From Heterodontus francisci (Eukaryota), in assembly GCF_036365525.1 (NCBI RefSeq), contig NW_027140442.1:4898001-4962000 (forward strand): a DNA stretch of 64,000 nt, read 5' to 3'. Shown piece by piece: positions 12,960 to 25,858 of the stretch. The stretch's first letter is position 1; the number at the start of each line of letters is the position of its first letter. The notes under the pieces were generated by a model. The model had not been told where the DNA came from and did not search any database. It worked only from the letters and a program-made list of their open reading frames with translations. Both the position numbers and the translations under genes were made by a program.

Positions 12960-15930
12960 TGCTGATTGAAAGGCCCAATTAGAAGTACATGGGTAAGATC
13001 TAATTACCATAGCGGCAACGTGGCTACTGGTTGACCAAGACTGAGAACTGAATATTCAAGGATATTCGACATTTAGGAAAGACAGGAAAAAAGGAAAATG
13101 AGGAGGTGTTCCACTTTTCGTAAGGGATGGGATCAGTACACCGGTAAGGGAGGATCACAGATCGGGAAAAAGCAAGATGTGGAATCCGTTTGGGTGGAGC
13201 TGAGAAACAGCAAGGGGCAGCAAACAATGGTAGGAGTTGTTTAGAGGCCACCAAACAGTAGTGGTAGTTTGGGGCATGGTATTAATCAGGAGATTACAGA
13301 AGCATGTGGCATGGTAATGCAGTAATCACGGGTGAATTCAATCTACAAAAAGACAGGGTAAACCTAATAAGCACGTATGCTGTGGAGGACGAGTGTCTGG
13401 AGTGTGTTGGGGGTGGGTTTCTCGAGTAATATATTGAGAAGCCAGTTAAAGAACAGGCAGTTTTGTATGTAGTATTAAGTAATGAGAAAAGGCAAATTTA
13501 TATTCTTGCAGTAAAGGAGTATTTAGGGATGAGTGATCATAATATGCTAGAATGTTTCGTTATGTTTGAAAGTGAGGCTGTTCAATCAGAAGCCAGGGAG
13601 TTAAATTTGAACAAAGGAAATTATGAAGCTATGAGGGGCGAATTGGCTGAGGTGGGTTGGAAAAATACAGTAAAAGGTCTGACACTACATCTGCAATGGA
13701 TAGTCTTTAAAGAAATATTACCTACTTTACAGCAACTATACATTCCTTGAAGGCACAAAACCCCGAAAAAGTAAAGGCAGTCAACTGTGGATAAAAAATG
13801 AAATTAAGGATTTGAGAACATTAAAAGAAAAGGCCTATAAAGTTGCCAGAAATAGTGGTACACCTGAGGATTGGGAGGATTTTTAGCATACAGCAAATGA
13901 GGACAAATAAACTGACAAACGAAGGGAGAATAGAACATGAAAGTAAACTAGCAAAAAAATATAAAACTGGAATGTAAAAGCTTCTACAGGTACTTAAAAA
14001 GGAAGCATTTGGAAAAGAAAAACGTGGGTCCATTACAGGCAGAGTCAGGAGAATTTATAAAGGGGAATAGAGAAATGGCAGAGCAGCTAATTGATTACTT
14101 TGTATCTGTCTTCACTGAGAAATCTACAAGCAATCTCCATGAATTAGAGATCCAATGGATTAGGAGGAATGAGGAATTGAAATTATTGGGGCTGAAGGTT
14201 GATAAGTCCATGGAACCTGATATTCTACCCCCAGCGCATTGAATGAGGTAGCGATGGAGATAGTGGATGCATTGGTGATCACCTTCCAAAAATCTGTAGA
14301 TTCTGGTGCTATTCCTGCAGACGGGAAGGTAGAAAATGTCGCTGTACTATTTAAGAATGGAGGGAGAGATAAAACTGGGGACTACATAGCTGTTATCCGT
14401 ACATCTGTCGTTGGGAAAATGCTAGAATCTATTCCAAAATATGTGACAATTGCCTCTTGGATAATAATGATCTGATTGGGCATAGTCACCATGGAATGGG
14501 AAATCACGTTTGATGAACATGATGGAGTTTTTTGAGGATGTGACTAGCAGAATTGATAAAGGGGAGTCAGTGGATGAGGTACACTTGGATTTTCAAAAGT
14601 ATTTTGTTAAAGTCCCCCACCGAAGATTGGTGAGCAAAATTAAAGCAAATGGGATAGAAGGCAATATGCAGGCATGGATTAAGGATTGGCAAACAGGCAG
14701 AAAATATTGAATAGGAATAAATGGGTCATTCTCGCAATGCCAGGCTGTGACTATTCAGTTTCCGCAGGGTTCAATGCTTGGGCCCCAGTTGTTCACAATA
14801 TATATATCAGTGATTTGGATGTGGAGAGAAAATGTAATATTTAGAAGTTTGTGGATGATGCAAAACTGGGTTGGGATGTGCAAATAAAAGCAAATTACTG
14901 CAGATGCTGGAAACCAGAAATAAGAATTAGAACAAGAAATGATGGAAATACTCAGCAGATCGGGCAGCATCTGTGGAGAGAGAAGCAGAGTTAACATCTC
15001 AAGTCCATGACCTTTCATCAGAACTGATGATTGGGTTGTGCGATGTGAGGAAGATGCAAAGCGACTTCAAGGGGATTAGGACAGACTTAATGAGTGGACA
15101 AGAATGTGGCAGATGGAATACAATGTGGAAAAATGTGAGGCCATACATTTTGGAGGTAGGAATAGATGTGCAGAGTATTTCCTAAATGGTAAGACATCAG
15201 AAAGTGTAGATGTGCAAAGGGACCTGGGTGTCCTGTCAATAAGTCGCCGAAAGCTAACATGCAGGTGCACAAGCAATTAGGAAGGCTATTGATATGTTCG
15301 CCCTTATCGCAAGAGGATTTGAGTACAGGAGAAATAAAGTCTTGCTTCAATTGTACAGAAGCTTGGTGAGATAGCACTTGGAGTACTGTGTGCAGCTTTG
15401 GTCCCCTTACTTTAGGAAGGATATTATTGCCATAGAGGGTGTGCAGTGAATGTTCACCAGACTTGTCCCCAGGATGGCGGGACTTTCGTATGAAGAAAGA
15501 TTGGGAAAACTGGGTCTGAATTCTCGAAGTTTCGAAGAATGAGAGGTGTGATCTCATTGAAACCTACAAGGTACTTTATGGGATAAACTGGGTAGATGTC
15601 GGTAAGATGTTGCCAATGATTGGGGAGTTTAGAACCAGGGGACACAATTTCAAAATAAAGGGAGGGGGGTCCACTTAGAATAGAGATGAGCAGAATTTTA
15701 TTACTCAGACGGTTGTGAATCTTTGGAATTCTCTACCCCAGAGGGCTGTAGAAGCTCGGTTATTGAGTATGTTTAAAGCAGAGATTGACAGATTTCTAAA
15801 CACACATGACATAAATCATATGAGGAGAGTGTGGGAAAAAGACATTGAAGTGGGTGATCAGCCATGATCAAATTTAATGGTGGGACAGGCTCGATGGGCT
15901 GAATGGCCTTCCCCTGTTCCTTTGATCATA
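12960..15930 (+). mobile_element. Decayed CR1 ORF2 (EN+RT) in the GPCR intron, antisense to the gene
   Basis: Fragments SDHNML, KVDKS.EPD, EFFEDVTSRIDKG and HLDFQK.F.KVPH, plus a CR1 3' end near 15860-15925. Many stops. Confidence 0.85.
14881..15026 (-). mobile_element. Short Penelope-terminus copy with degenerate hammerhead motif
   Basis: Reverse complement matches 62523-62660 and begins CAGTTCTGATGAAAGGTC (GAAA mutated to GAGA). It interrupts the CR1. Confidence 0.8.
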
Positions 15931-16084
15931 TTGAATCGTGGAGTAGGTTCGACGGGCCATATTAGTTTGAGGTGTCATATAATATAGGTCTACTCCTGCT
16001 CCTATTTCTTGTGTTATTGTGGAGCCAGCTCCATGCAGTGGAGTGATCTGTCACCTGAAAGAATGATTTCAAAGTCGAACCGAC

Positions 16085-16290
16085 TTGTTCCACTCCAGTT
16101 AGGGGCCCACACTCAATACAATTATACAATTGCAGATACTCCCTGTTCCATATGGTTACTGGAATCAGGTGTTTCTCTCCAATTAGTGTCCCACACTCAG
16201 TACAATTGACAAGTGACAGGTGCTCCCAGTAATATATGGTCACTGGGATCAGGCGTAGCACTCTGATTAGTGACCTGCAATGAAGACAGT
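16085..16290. repeat. Degenerate 84-bp tandem duplication (~2.3 copies)
   Basis: CCCACACTCA.TACAATT at 16106 and 16190, and ATATGGT.ACTGG.ATCAGG twice. Confidence 0.65.
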
Positions 16291-16344
16291 TCTACAGCAA
16301 CATATACTGAGGTCTTATTCAACAGTACACAACATTCAAGTAAA

Positions 16345-16495
16345 GTCATAAAAAAGGAGCTGCAATAGGCCATTTAGCCCTTCGAGCCTGCACCACCATT
16401 AAATAAGATCATGACTGACCATTCAAACTCAGTACCCTGTTCCCGCTTTCTCCCCGTATCACTTCATCCCGTTAGCCCGAAGAGCTATATCTAAC
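16345..16495 (-). mobile_element. CR1 3' tail fragment
   Basis: GGCCATTTAGCCCTTCGAGCCTGCACCACCATT..AAGATCATG resembles 23900-24040. Confidence 0.7.
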
Positions 16496-16725
16496 TTAAT
16501 AACACAGAACGACTATGAGTTACAAACAGAGGTTTATTTTCTAGTCAGCAGATTTAATAAACAGCAGAAATTATTTAAGAGATTTGACTTGATAAAATGA
16601 AATCACTGATCGGGTGTCTGTATCAGGTGTCAGTAGAGCAACAGGTGACATTATCATTCACAGAGAAAAACCAGAGAATACCTAACACACAGATTTAAAG
16701 AACTTCAGTGGGTGTAGTCTCTTAC

Positions 16726-16792
16726 CAGGAACACCAATGACTGCAAGAATGATGAAGAATATTTTCTGGATACTGTTAATTGGTTGATGCAT
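16726..16792 (-). CDS. GPR139-like GPCR exon 1 (MHQPINSIQKIFFIILAVIGVP+G)
   Basis: ATG at 16792, 67 nt, GTAAG donor at 16725-16721. The phase-1 join gives GVP-V-NLL, for 978 nt in total (325 aa plus stop). The exon is too short for the ORF track. Confidence 0.85.
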
Positions 16793-16879
16793 TTTCTTTG
16801 TGAACTGGTTTGTCACCTTCGTGCTGCAGGCAATCACTCTGTATTAAATTCTGAAGTGATGCAGTCCCAGAGCCATGAA

Positions 16880-16885
16880 TTTATA
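16880..16885 (-). promoter_or_regulatory. Candidate TATA box for the GPCR gene
   Basis: TATAAA on the minus strand about 90 bp upstream of the exon-1 ATG. Confidence 0.4.
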
Positions 16886-17295
16886 CTTTGCAGGAACTCC
16901 ACGGGGCATTGAGGTTTCAACTTGCATATACATAATTATAAGCAAGCAATTTACGAGGGCCGAGCTAAGTCCTTGTTGTGATGGGATTTAGTTAACGCTG
17001 AGAATAAATTTTAACAATCCAAAGACTGGACGGATTTGATCATGTTAATTAACACATGATAATTAGAAGCTGTATTAACTCAACAATGGTTATGTTCCTT
17101 AAAACACCATGACACACATCTGTATTTCTCGTATTTATTCAGTGAGGGCTTTCACTCTGCTGTGACCATTCAGTAATGAAATTCCAAATGATAGTGTGAC
17201 CCATCAGGACTGCTACACTGCATTCTTGGATGTTGCTGCTCACTTTAACTGAGACCATCCAGTTAAATATTTAAAGAAGGAAATTGTGCAAATGG

Positions 17296-17421
17296 CTCCT
17301 CAAAAGGATGCAGCCCTGCAAACTCATACAGCCACTAGAAGTAAAGTATCCTCTCAAACCAATACAGCCCCTCAACCTAATTCTGCCCCTCAAAATAATA
17401 CAGCCGCTCACAATAATACAG
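17296..17421. repeat. 18-bp tandem repeat (~7 copies, CCCCTCAAAATAATACAG)
   Basis: Visible periodicity; the translation repeats every 6 aa. Confidence 0.75.
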
Positions 17422-18268
17422 CCGAACCCCCTCTCCCCCAGCGCCAGCAATATGGATGCAGAGTTCTGAACCCCCTTTCCCCCATTGCCAACAACATGGA
17501 TGCAGCGTTCCGAACACCCTCTCCCATACCGCCAACAACAGGGATGCAAGAGTTCTGAACTCCCTCTCCCTCACTGCCAACAACATGGATGCAGAGTTCT
17601 GACCTCCCTCTCCCCCACTGCCAACAACATGGATACAAAATTCTGAACCCACTCTTCCAGACCACCAACAACAAAGAATCAGAATTCCGAACCCCCTCTC
17701 CCATATCGCCAACAACATGGATGCAGAGTTCCGAACCCCCTCTCCCCCTCCAACAACAACATAGATGCAGAATACTGAACCCCCTCTCCCATACCGCCAA
17801 CAACATGGATGCAGAGTTCCGAACCCCTCTTTCCCACTGCCAACAACTTGGATGCAGAGTTCGAATCCCCATCTTCCCCACTGCCAACAACTTGGATGCA
17901 GAGTTCCGAAGACCTCTCCCACACCGCCAACAACATGGATGCAGAGTTCCGAACCACCTCTCCCCCAATGACAAAAACATGGATGCAGAGTTCCGAAGAC
18001 CCCTCCCACACCGCCAACAACATGGATGCAGAGTTCCGAACCCCCTCTGCCCCACTGCCAGCAACATGGATGCAGAGTTCCGAAGCCCCCTCCCACATCG
18101 CCAACAACATGGATCCAGAGTTCCGAACCCCCTCTGCCCCACTGACAAAAACATGAATGCAGAGTTCTGAACCCCCTCTCTCCCACTGCAAATAACATGA
18201 ATGCAGAGTTCTGAAACCCCTCTTCCCCACCACCAGCAATATGGATGCAGAAGTCCGAACACCCTCTG
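17422..18268. repeat. Minisatellite with 43/44-bp units (CCAACAACATGGATGCAGAGTTCCGAACCCCCTCTCCCCACTG)
   Basis: GATGCAGAG recurs at 17808, 17851, 17895, 17938, 17982, 18025 and 18069. Confidence 0.92.
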
Positions 18269-19073
18269 AGATATATATCCCAGTTTCACGATGGAAATGG
18301 AGGTCAGCACAGTGCTGCCTCACTTTTACCAGCTCCGAGGACTTTTGCCTCCGTGGTGTTGGCTTTTCGAGGATGGCAAACAGAAGGTACGTGAGTGCTG
18401 CCCGCCTCCCTGATGATCGATAAGTGCTGGTTAGATCATGGCTGAAGACATGGTAATGCATGCAGATAGCACGTTGACATACGCTAAGTCGGTCCCGTCG
18501 CAGAGCAGCGGAAGTTCCGCCACAGAGCCTCCCCGGCACTGGGAAGATCGGGCCTGGTATTCCCGATGACGGGTTGTGTGGCGTGCCACTGCTGCTCCGA
18601 TCCACTGGGCCGCACCTCCAATGGAACCCAACACCGGGAGGACAACAAGATTCAGCCCAGATTCTGACCTGTTCCATTTTACTGCTTCATTTCACAAACG
18701 ACTCCGTTCCCCTAAGTCAAGCGTTAGCTCAGTTAAGAGATGAACCCAGAATCCCATGTTCATTAGATCGATGTTTGACACAAGTAAAGCAGAAAGACAA
18801 AGTAGGAGGTCACCTTTCCCTTGAGCTGTGTGTTATTGCAGGTTTCTCTGGCTGTGTTCATCTGTGGTTCTTCATTTCTGGGTTCTTTCAAAATCTGTGT
18901 GTTTGTGCCACTTCATGCGTGAGCAGGAGACGTCAAGACATGTTTAGAAGATTTCTTTCTAAATCTTACATATCTTCGTCTACTTCCTGAACTTTGCAGA
19001 TGAACAAAAAGAAGGGAATCAGACACATCACTACATGTTTTCCATCCGCTAACCATTGAACGTTGACAGTTTT

Positions 19074-20027
19074 TATTGTGACGAGTTTCCATTCATTCAG
19101 ATTGCTACAAGCAGGTGAGAAAGGAATCTAGGTGTTCCCTCTCTGTCGTTGCCTGGTTTAACCATAACAGGGTTTAATTTTTAAAAAAACACTGGTGTTC
19201 CTAACTCACCCTCAGTGAATTATTGTTCACTGCTTTCCAATTGTAAGGCAAATATATCAATCAAACGGGTTTTCTTAGATTGGAACAAGAAAGACAGAAG
19301 TTTATCAATCTTCAACTCTAATTCGGTTAACCACTACGCATATGCGACGTGACCATGCTAGCATGCATAAGCGATAAACACACACGCAGAGAGAGAGAAG
19401 GAGAAAGAATGAAGGGGGAATGTTTGAGGCAGTAGCAAGGTTTTATTTAAGATCCTCTGAGCTCAATGTAGAGTCCTTGGTTGCTGGTAAGTCTTGCTTG
19501 GGGCCCAGTGCAAGAGGTAAACCTTGTTTAGATGCAGGAATCCCTTCTCTCTTGAGTTTTAACTGACTTCAGTGGATCAGCCGATTAGTGAGCCAGAGAG
19601 AGAGAGAGCCAGCAAGGAAAGAGGTTCTTTTCCAAGTTCAGTTGCAATCTGCTCTCTGAATCAATATGTCCTGTGAGCAGTTCTAAACCAAACCTGGTTC
19701 AGCAGCTTATTCATGTGACTCACTGCTTTAACAGGCTCCGGCGTTTGTGTGTTTCAAAGCTCTCGGTGGGGGAAGGGGGTGTAGTGCTGTCTCTTCCACT
19801 CACAAGATGTGGATCACCATCGCCCAGACCGATGTCTGTTAATTGAATCAGTGAGGAGTTCACATTGTCTTTCCCTAGGCGACTGTCTCTTCGAATGCAA
19901 ATTTCATCCAGTCACTGCTGATCTCTTCAAACAAGTCATTTCTAACTTTCAGCTACTGTTTAAAAATTAATGTCGACATGACAAAATTAACATGCCTCAT
20001 TCTTGGTAGCTGGGGGTCTTCATGACA
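19074..20027 (-). mobile_element. Putative solo LTR
   Basis: The minus strand starts TGTCATGAAGACCCCC and ends ...CTCGTCACA. Non-coding, with GA-rich tracts. No clean TSD. Confidence 0.5.
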
Positions 20028-20399
20028 AGATCCACATCTGGTATAAAGTAACTGGAATCTGGGTGTGATTCAGACACATGGGGCAGGATTTTCATGGAAC
20101 ATGGTGACCGTCCTCACGGGACCAGCACCACTGCAAGGTCGCGATTACCTGGCGAGCGGCCATTTTACATATTGACTGACCCCCCCCCCCCCCCACCACA
20201 ATCACGTAGCAGGGGTGTCCTCTGTGACACTGTGAACAGCCTCACCTGATGCAGGAGCAGCTGCAGGCACAATCTTTAAAAGGCTGCCAGTGCTGCATTC
20301 AGTCTCTCCCGGTATTTCAGTGAGAATCATTGCAGCAACATTGCAGGAGTGTTGAAGAAATCCCACTCAGCAAGTGGCCTCACTGAGCAAAGTTTGTGT

Positions 20400-21510
20400 G
20401 ATGGTTGAGCTCTGTGCAAGAATAGCTCTGTGGTTCAATGATGCCTCGATGCTTATTCTCTTCCAGCCTGCAAAGGAACGGCAGGTGCTCATTTTCCCAG
20501 TGAGGACAAGATTAGGTCCTCCCGCCTGGCCAAGCAATCCTGGCCAGAGATTGCAAAGGAGGTGAGAAACCGTGGAGTCACCCGACAAGATTGGGTGCTG
20601 TTTTCTAAGCGGGTGAATGACCTCCATCATTCAACCGAGGTCAGTGGAACATTTCCACATTTTCAGTGTGATCTGGTTGTCCCAAGACAGTATGTTGCAT
20701 GGTCCCCACTGCCATTTCAGATACAGGGAGGTCAGGGAAGGATGGCACATGACTGGCTGCATATGCGAATCACGTCTTCCTGGTTATTACCTCCAGCCCA
20801 GATAATCTCACCTTGCTGGGTGTCCAAAGGGCATTAGAAACAGTTCACAAGCTGTTAAGAGCACGACACACATGGTCGAGCAGCTGGCTGAGGCTGCGAC
20901 AGCCGAGGCCTCTGACAGTCGGAGGACTGTGGGTGGCCATGCCCATGCAGGGCCCCAGACTGATGACCAGTCTCTTGTGTCGGTCGCACAGACAATGCTG
21001 GGGCTGCAAGGCGAGGTAAGACAACATCTGGTGTGATGCTGGAGGCCATGCACAGCCCGACGTGGACGGTGGGGAGTCCACCTAGGCCATGACAGCTTCC
21101 ATCTCCCGGGCATGTCAGCGCATGGTTTCCTCCATGGAGAGGATGGTGACCCTCATGGACAGCCACATTCCACAAATACTCTTTCACGTGCAATACTTCA
21201 CCTCGGGCATCCCTGCAATTCATCAGTGACTGGGAGAGAGAAAGACCAGGAACATGGAAAGTGATCCCACTCCTGATCCTTCACTTGAGAACAGGGAGGT
21301 TCCACTGAGCCTTGGGAGGGAGGGGGACAGGCTGTGCTCCACATCTGGGGCCTCCCCTCAGGGTGATTCCAGTGTGGATACCGGGTACTCAGCCCCTCCA
21401 CCAGTGAGACCGGCCCCAGGAGCCGCAATGCCTGAGGACAGCCCTACACTTGTGCAGGAGGCCCTGAGGCAGCCGGGCTCCTCCAGTCCTCAGGCACCCA
21501 AAGGATAACC
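20400..21510 (+). pseudogene. Harbinger Myb/SANT-like DNA-binding protein remnant
   Basis: RIALWFNDASMLILFQ..ERQVLIFP and EVRNRGVTRQDWVLFSKRVNDL match the Myb/SANT-like (trihelix) pattern, followed by a Pro/Ser-rich tail. Confidence 0.65.
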
Positions 21511-21879
21511 GCTGAAGTCATCCCAAGCCAAGGGGCAGCCTCATCAGCAGTCTACCTCGAGTCCAGCTGCCAGCACAGGGGTTAAACCGTCAAGGAACAC
21601 CCACAAACATATTAAAAAAATCACCTCGACACACATGGGTATTCATGGGGAAGACGAATATTTTGCGTGTATAATTAAATGTGTTGTCCAACAATCTTCA
21701 GCCTTTATAGTCTGAATAAGACATGTCACCTGGGATTGGGTATGGGTCCTTCCATTACATTAGAAGCCGGACAGTACTGCCGAGGTTAGCAATGCCATGT
21801 CAATAATCACAATGTGACACTGTACGGATGATGAAGTCACATGGGCAATGTCTCATTTAACTGCTGCCAATCATGTTGG

Positions 21880-22695
21880 AGAGATGGTCGTTAAAGCGAC
21901 ATAAGACTTCTGACGAAATGCCGGATGGTGCTTTGTGCTCTGAGAAACATGTGTTGAACTTCAGCCATTGTGGAAGCGCTCAGTTATCAGTCCTTGCCTT
22001 GTTTCCCTTCTTCACTGCACACCATGTCCGCCCTTCATCACTGCTCTCTCTACTCCCATGTGTTTACATCGTCGGAGGATGTGTCCTACTTCCGTACCTG
22101 GTCATCCTGCATGGCCGTTCCCCTCGGAACTGTGATGTTGTACAACATGCAGCAGACTACAATGATAGACAAACTCTGTCTGCTGTGTACTATAGGGCTC
22201 CACCTGATCTATCGAGGTAGCGGAAGCACATCTTCAGCAGACCAGTCGCCTGCTTGATGGTAGCTCGGGTGGAGCCATGGCAGGATATGTAACGCTTTTC
22301 AGCTTCGTTGCAAGGGTTCTTCGCCAGAGTCAGAAGCAAGATCATTAAGGCGTATCCTTTATCCTCAAGACTTCACCCCTGAATCTGAGCGGGGAGTGAA
22401 CAGCAGTGGCACCGAGGACTAGCGCAGTATTAGTGAGTCATGGTAGTTGCCTGGAAAGCGGGCACACACTTTGAGGAGCACTACCTGTGAGTTGGACATT
22501 GATGGAGTGAAATCGCTTTCTGTTTATGAAGGGCAATAGTTATTCTGTAGGAGCCTCGATGGCAACATGCACGCAGGCAATGATACCCTGCACCTGTGGC
22601 CATACTACAATGGCCCCAAACCCAACGACCATCTCGGCCTGACTCCCAGAGTCCGTCCTGGAGTGGACATAGTCGTCGTCCCTCCTGCAGAATCA
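21880..22695 (-). pseudogene. HARBI1-like DDE transposase remnant (C-terminal part)
   Basis: Minus-strand pieces PQVQGIIACVHVAI, NRKRFHSINVQL, CARFPGNYHDSLIL, DKGYAL and HGSTRATIKQATGLLKMCFRYLDRSGGAL. Confidence 0.85.
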
Positions 22696-22699
22696 TTAA

Positions 22700-23890
22700 C
22701 CCTCCGCTTCCCGAACGATAGACAAATGCAGAGTGACACCTTCTTCATCCCGACAGGCAAATGCAGAGTGGATCCCTTCCCCGTCCCCCACCCGACAAAC
22801 AAGTGCGGAGTGGATCGCTCACCCTGCCAGAAGACAAATGATAGTGTATCCCTTCCCAGTCCTTTTGCCCACAGAAAATACAGAGTGGATCCCTCGCCTC
22901 TCCAGGAAACAAATGTAGAGTGGATCCCTCGCCCCTCCCAGAAGACAAATGCAAGGTGGAAGCTTCCCTGCCCCCTCCGACAGACACATGCAGAGTGGAT
23001 CCCTTCCCCTTCCCGACAGACGGTTGCATAGTGCATCCCTTCCTCTTCCAGACAAACAAATGCAAAGTGCACCCCTTCCCCTTCCTCTTCCCGACAGACA
23101 CATGCAGAGCGGATTCCTTCTGCTTCCTGACAGAAACCCGCGGATTGGATCCCACCCCTATCGGCCTCCCGAGAGACATATGCGGAATGGCCCCTTCCTT
23201 TCCCTGACAAACAAATGCAGAGAGGATCCCTTCCCCCTCCCCTCCTGACAGTCAAATACAAAGTGGATCTTTCCCCCCTCCCACTTCCGACTGACAGATG
23301 CAGAGTGGACCCCTTCCCCCTCCACCTCCCGACAGACACATGCAGATTGAATCCACTACCCCGCCCCCTCTGGACAGACAAATGCAGGATGGATCCTTTC
23401 TCCATTTCATTGATGACAGCAAAATGCAGAGTAGATTCGTTTCCCCTCTCTTTCTGACAGAAAAATGCAAAGTGGATCCCTAATCCCCCCTCCCCTGCCA
23501 TTCCAGACACACAAATTCCAAGTGGACCATTTCCCCCTCTCCTTGCCGACCGACAAATGCATAGTTTGCACTTTCTCCCTACCCCTCTCGACAGACAAAT
23601 GCCGGGTGGATGCTTTCCTCCTCCCCTTGCTGATCGACAAATGCAGAGTTTATCCTTTCCCCCTACCCATTCCGGACAGACAAATGCAGAGTGGAACCCT
23701 CCCCACTCCTCTTGATGAATGGCAAATGCAGAGTGGATCCTTTCCCCCGCCCGTTGCCGATAGGGCAAATGCAGAGTGGATCCCTTCCCTCTCCTCTTGC
23801 CGACAGGCAAATGCAGAGCGGATCCTTACACCCTCCCCCTCCCGGCAGACAATTGCAGAGCGGATCCCTTCCACTTCCCTGCCCGACAGA
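22700..23890. repeat. Minisatellite, ~35-40-bp unit (GACAGACAAATGCAGAGTGGATCCCTTCCCCCTCCC), left half
   Basis: About 30 visible units with a constant core and a variable C-rich linker. Confidence 0.92.
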
Positions 23891-25858
23891 AATAGAAATA
23901 TATAAAATAGCAGCAAGAGTGGGCCACTTGGCCCTTCGAGACTGCTCCACCATTCATTACAATCACAGCTGATCATGCAACTTAGTAGCCTGTCCCCGCT
24001 TCCCCCATATCCTTTGATTCCTTTCGCCCTAAGAGCTATATCGAACTCCTTCTTGAAAATATATAATGTTTTAGCCTCAACTGCCTTCTGTGGTAGTGAA
24101 TTCCACAGGTTCACCACTCTCTGGGTGAAGTAATTTCTCCTCATCTCAGTCCTGAAATATTTACCCCGTATCCTTAGACTATGACCCCTGCTTCTGGACT
24201 CCCCCACCATCTTGAATATCCTTTCTGCATCTACCCTGTCAAGTAGTATTAGCATTTTATAGGTTTCTATGAGATCTCCAATCACGCTTCTGAACTTCAG
24301 CGAATATAATCCGAACTGACGCAATGTCTCCTCATATGTCAGTCCCGCCATCCCAGGAATCGGTCTGGTAAACCTTTGCTACACTCCTTCTATGGCAAGA
24401 ACATATTTCCTCAGATAAGGAGAGCAAAACTGCACACAATACTCCAGGTGTGGTCTCACCAAGGCCCTGTATAATTGTAGCAAGACATCCCTGCTTCTGT
24501 ACTCGAACTATCTCGCTATGAAAGCGAACATACCATTTGACTTTTTTACTGCCTGTTGCACCTGCTAGCTTACCTTCAACGAACTGTGTACGGGAAAATA
24601 AAAACAAGAAATGCTGGAACCACTCAGCAGGTCTGACAGCATCTGTGGAAAGAGAAGCAGAGTTAACGTTTCGGGTCAGTGACCCTTCATTGGAACTGTG
24701 TACGAGAAAACCCCGGTCTCGTTGCATATTCCCCTCTCTTAGTTTATTGCCATTCAGATAATAATCTGCCTTCCTGTTTTTTGCTACCAAAGTGAATAAT
24801 GTCACACGTATCCACATTATACTGCATCTGCCATGCATTTGTCCACTGATGCAACTTGTCCAAATCACCCTGAAGCTTTTCTGCATCCTCCTGACAACTC
24901 TCCATCCCACCCAGTTTTATGTCATCTGCAAATTTGGAGATGTTACATTTAGTTCCATCATCTAAATCATTAATGTATATTGTTAATAGCTGTGGTCCTA
25001 GCACCTATCCCTGCCGTACACCACTAGTCACTGCCTGCCATTTGGAATAAGACCCATCTATCCCTACACTTTGTTGGCTGTCAAAAAACCAATTTTCTAT
25101 GCATTAAAATGCACTACTACCAATCCCATGTGCTTTAATGTTACATGCAAATCTCTTTTGTAGGACTTTGTTGAACGCCTTCTGAAAGTCCAAATGAACC
25201 ACAACCACTGTCTCCCCCTCATCAAGTCTACCAGTTACATCCTTTAAGAATTCCAGTAGATTTATCAAGCATGATTTCCCTTTCGTAAATCCATGCTGAC
25301 TATGTCCGATTCTACCACTGTTCTCCAAGTGCTGTGCTATCAAATCTTTGATAAAGGACTGTTGAATTTTCCCCACTACCGACGTCAGGCTGACTGGTTT
25401 ATAGTTCCCTGTTTTCTCTCTACCTTCCTTTTTTTAAATAGTGGAGTTACATTAGCTACCTCCAATCAGTAGAAACTATTCCAGAGTCTATCGAATCTCG
25501 GAGGATGACCACCAATGCATCCACAATTCCAAGGGACACTTCCTTAAGTACTCTGGCATGTTGTTTATCAGGCCCTGGGGATTTATCGGCCTTTAATCCC
25601 ATCAATTTCCCGAACACCATTTCTCTACTATTACTTATTTCCTTCCGTTCCTCCCGCTCACTGAACCCTGTTTTCCTCAAAATTTCTGGTCTGATATCTA
25701 TGTCCTCCTTTATGAAGACAGAACCAAAGTATGCATTTAGTTGGTCAGCCATTTCTTTGTTCCCGATAATACATTTCCCTGTTTCTGATTGTAAGGGACT
25801 TACATTTGTCTTCACCAACATTTTTCTCTTCTCATACCTTTAGAAACTTTTACAGTCA
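23888..25858 (-). mobile_element. 5'-truncated CR1 inserted into the minisatellite
   Basis: KADKSPGPD, HGFTKGKSCL, DFQKAF, FADD, GHSLRIRG; the 3' tail is at 23888. Confidence 0.9.
24594..24698 (-). mobile_element. Short Penelope-terminus copy with TSD
   Basis: Flanked by GAACTGTGTACG at 24581-24592 and 24693-24704; homologous to 62523-62625. Confidence 0.85.

Larger units (their letters stand above)
20080..22700. mobile_element. Decayed PIF/Harbinger transposon with two convergent ORFs
   Basis: TIR-like GGGGCAGGATTTT at 20080, a Myb/SANT-like remnant on plus, and a HARBI1-like transposase remnant on minus. Confidence 0.8.

Noticed and set aside
17377-18677. Long ORFs (273-332 aa)
   Set aside because: By-products of the 87-bp higher-order repeat, open in several frames on both strands.
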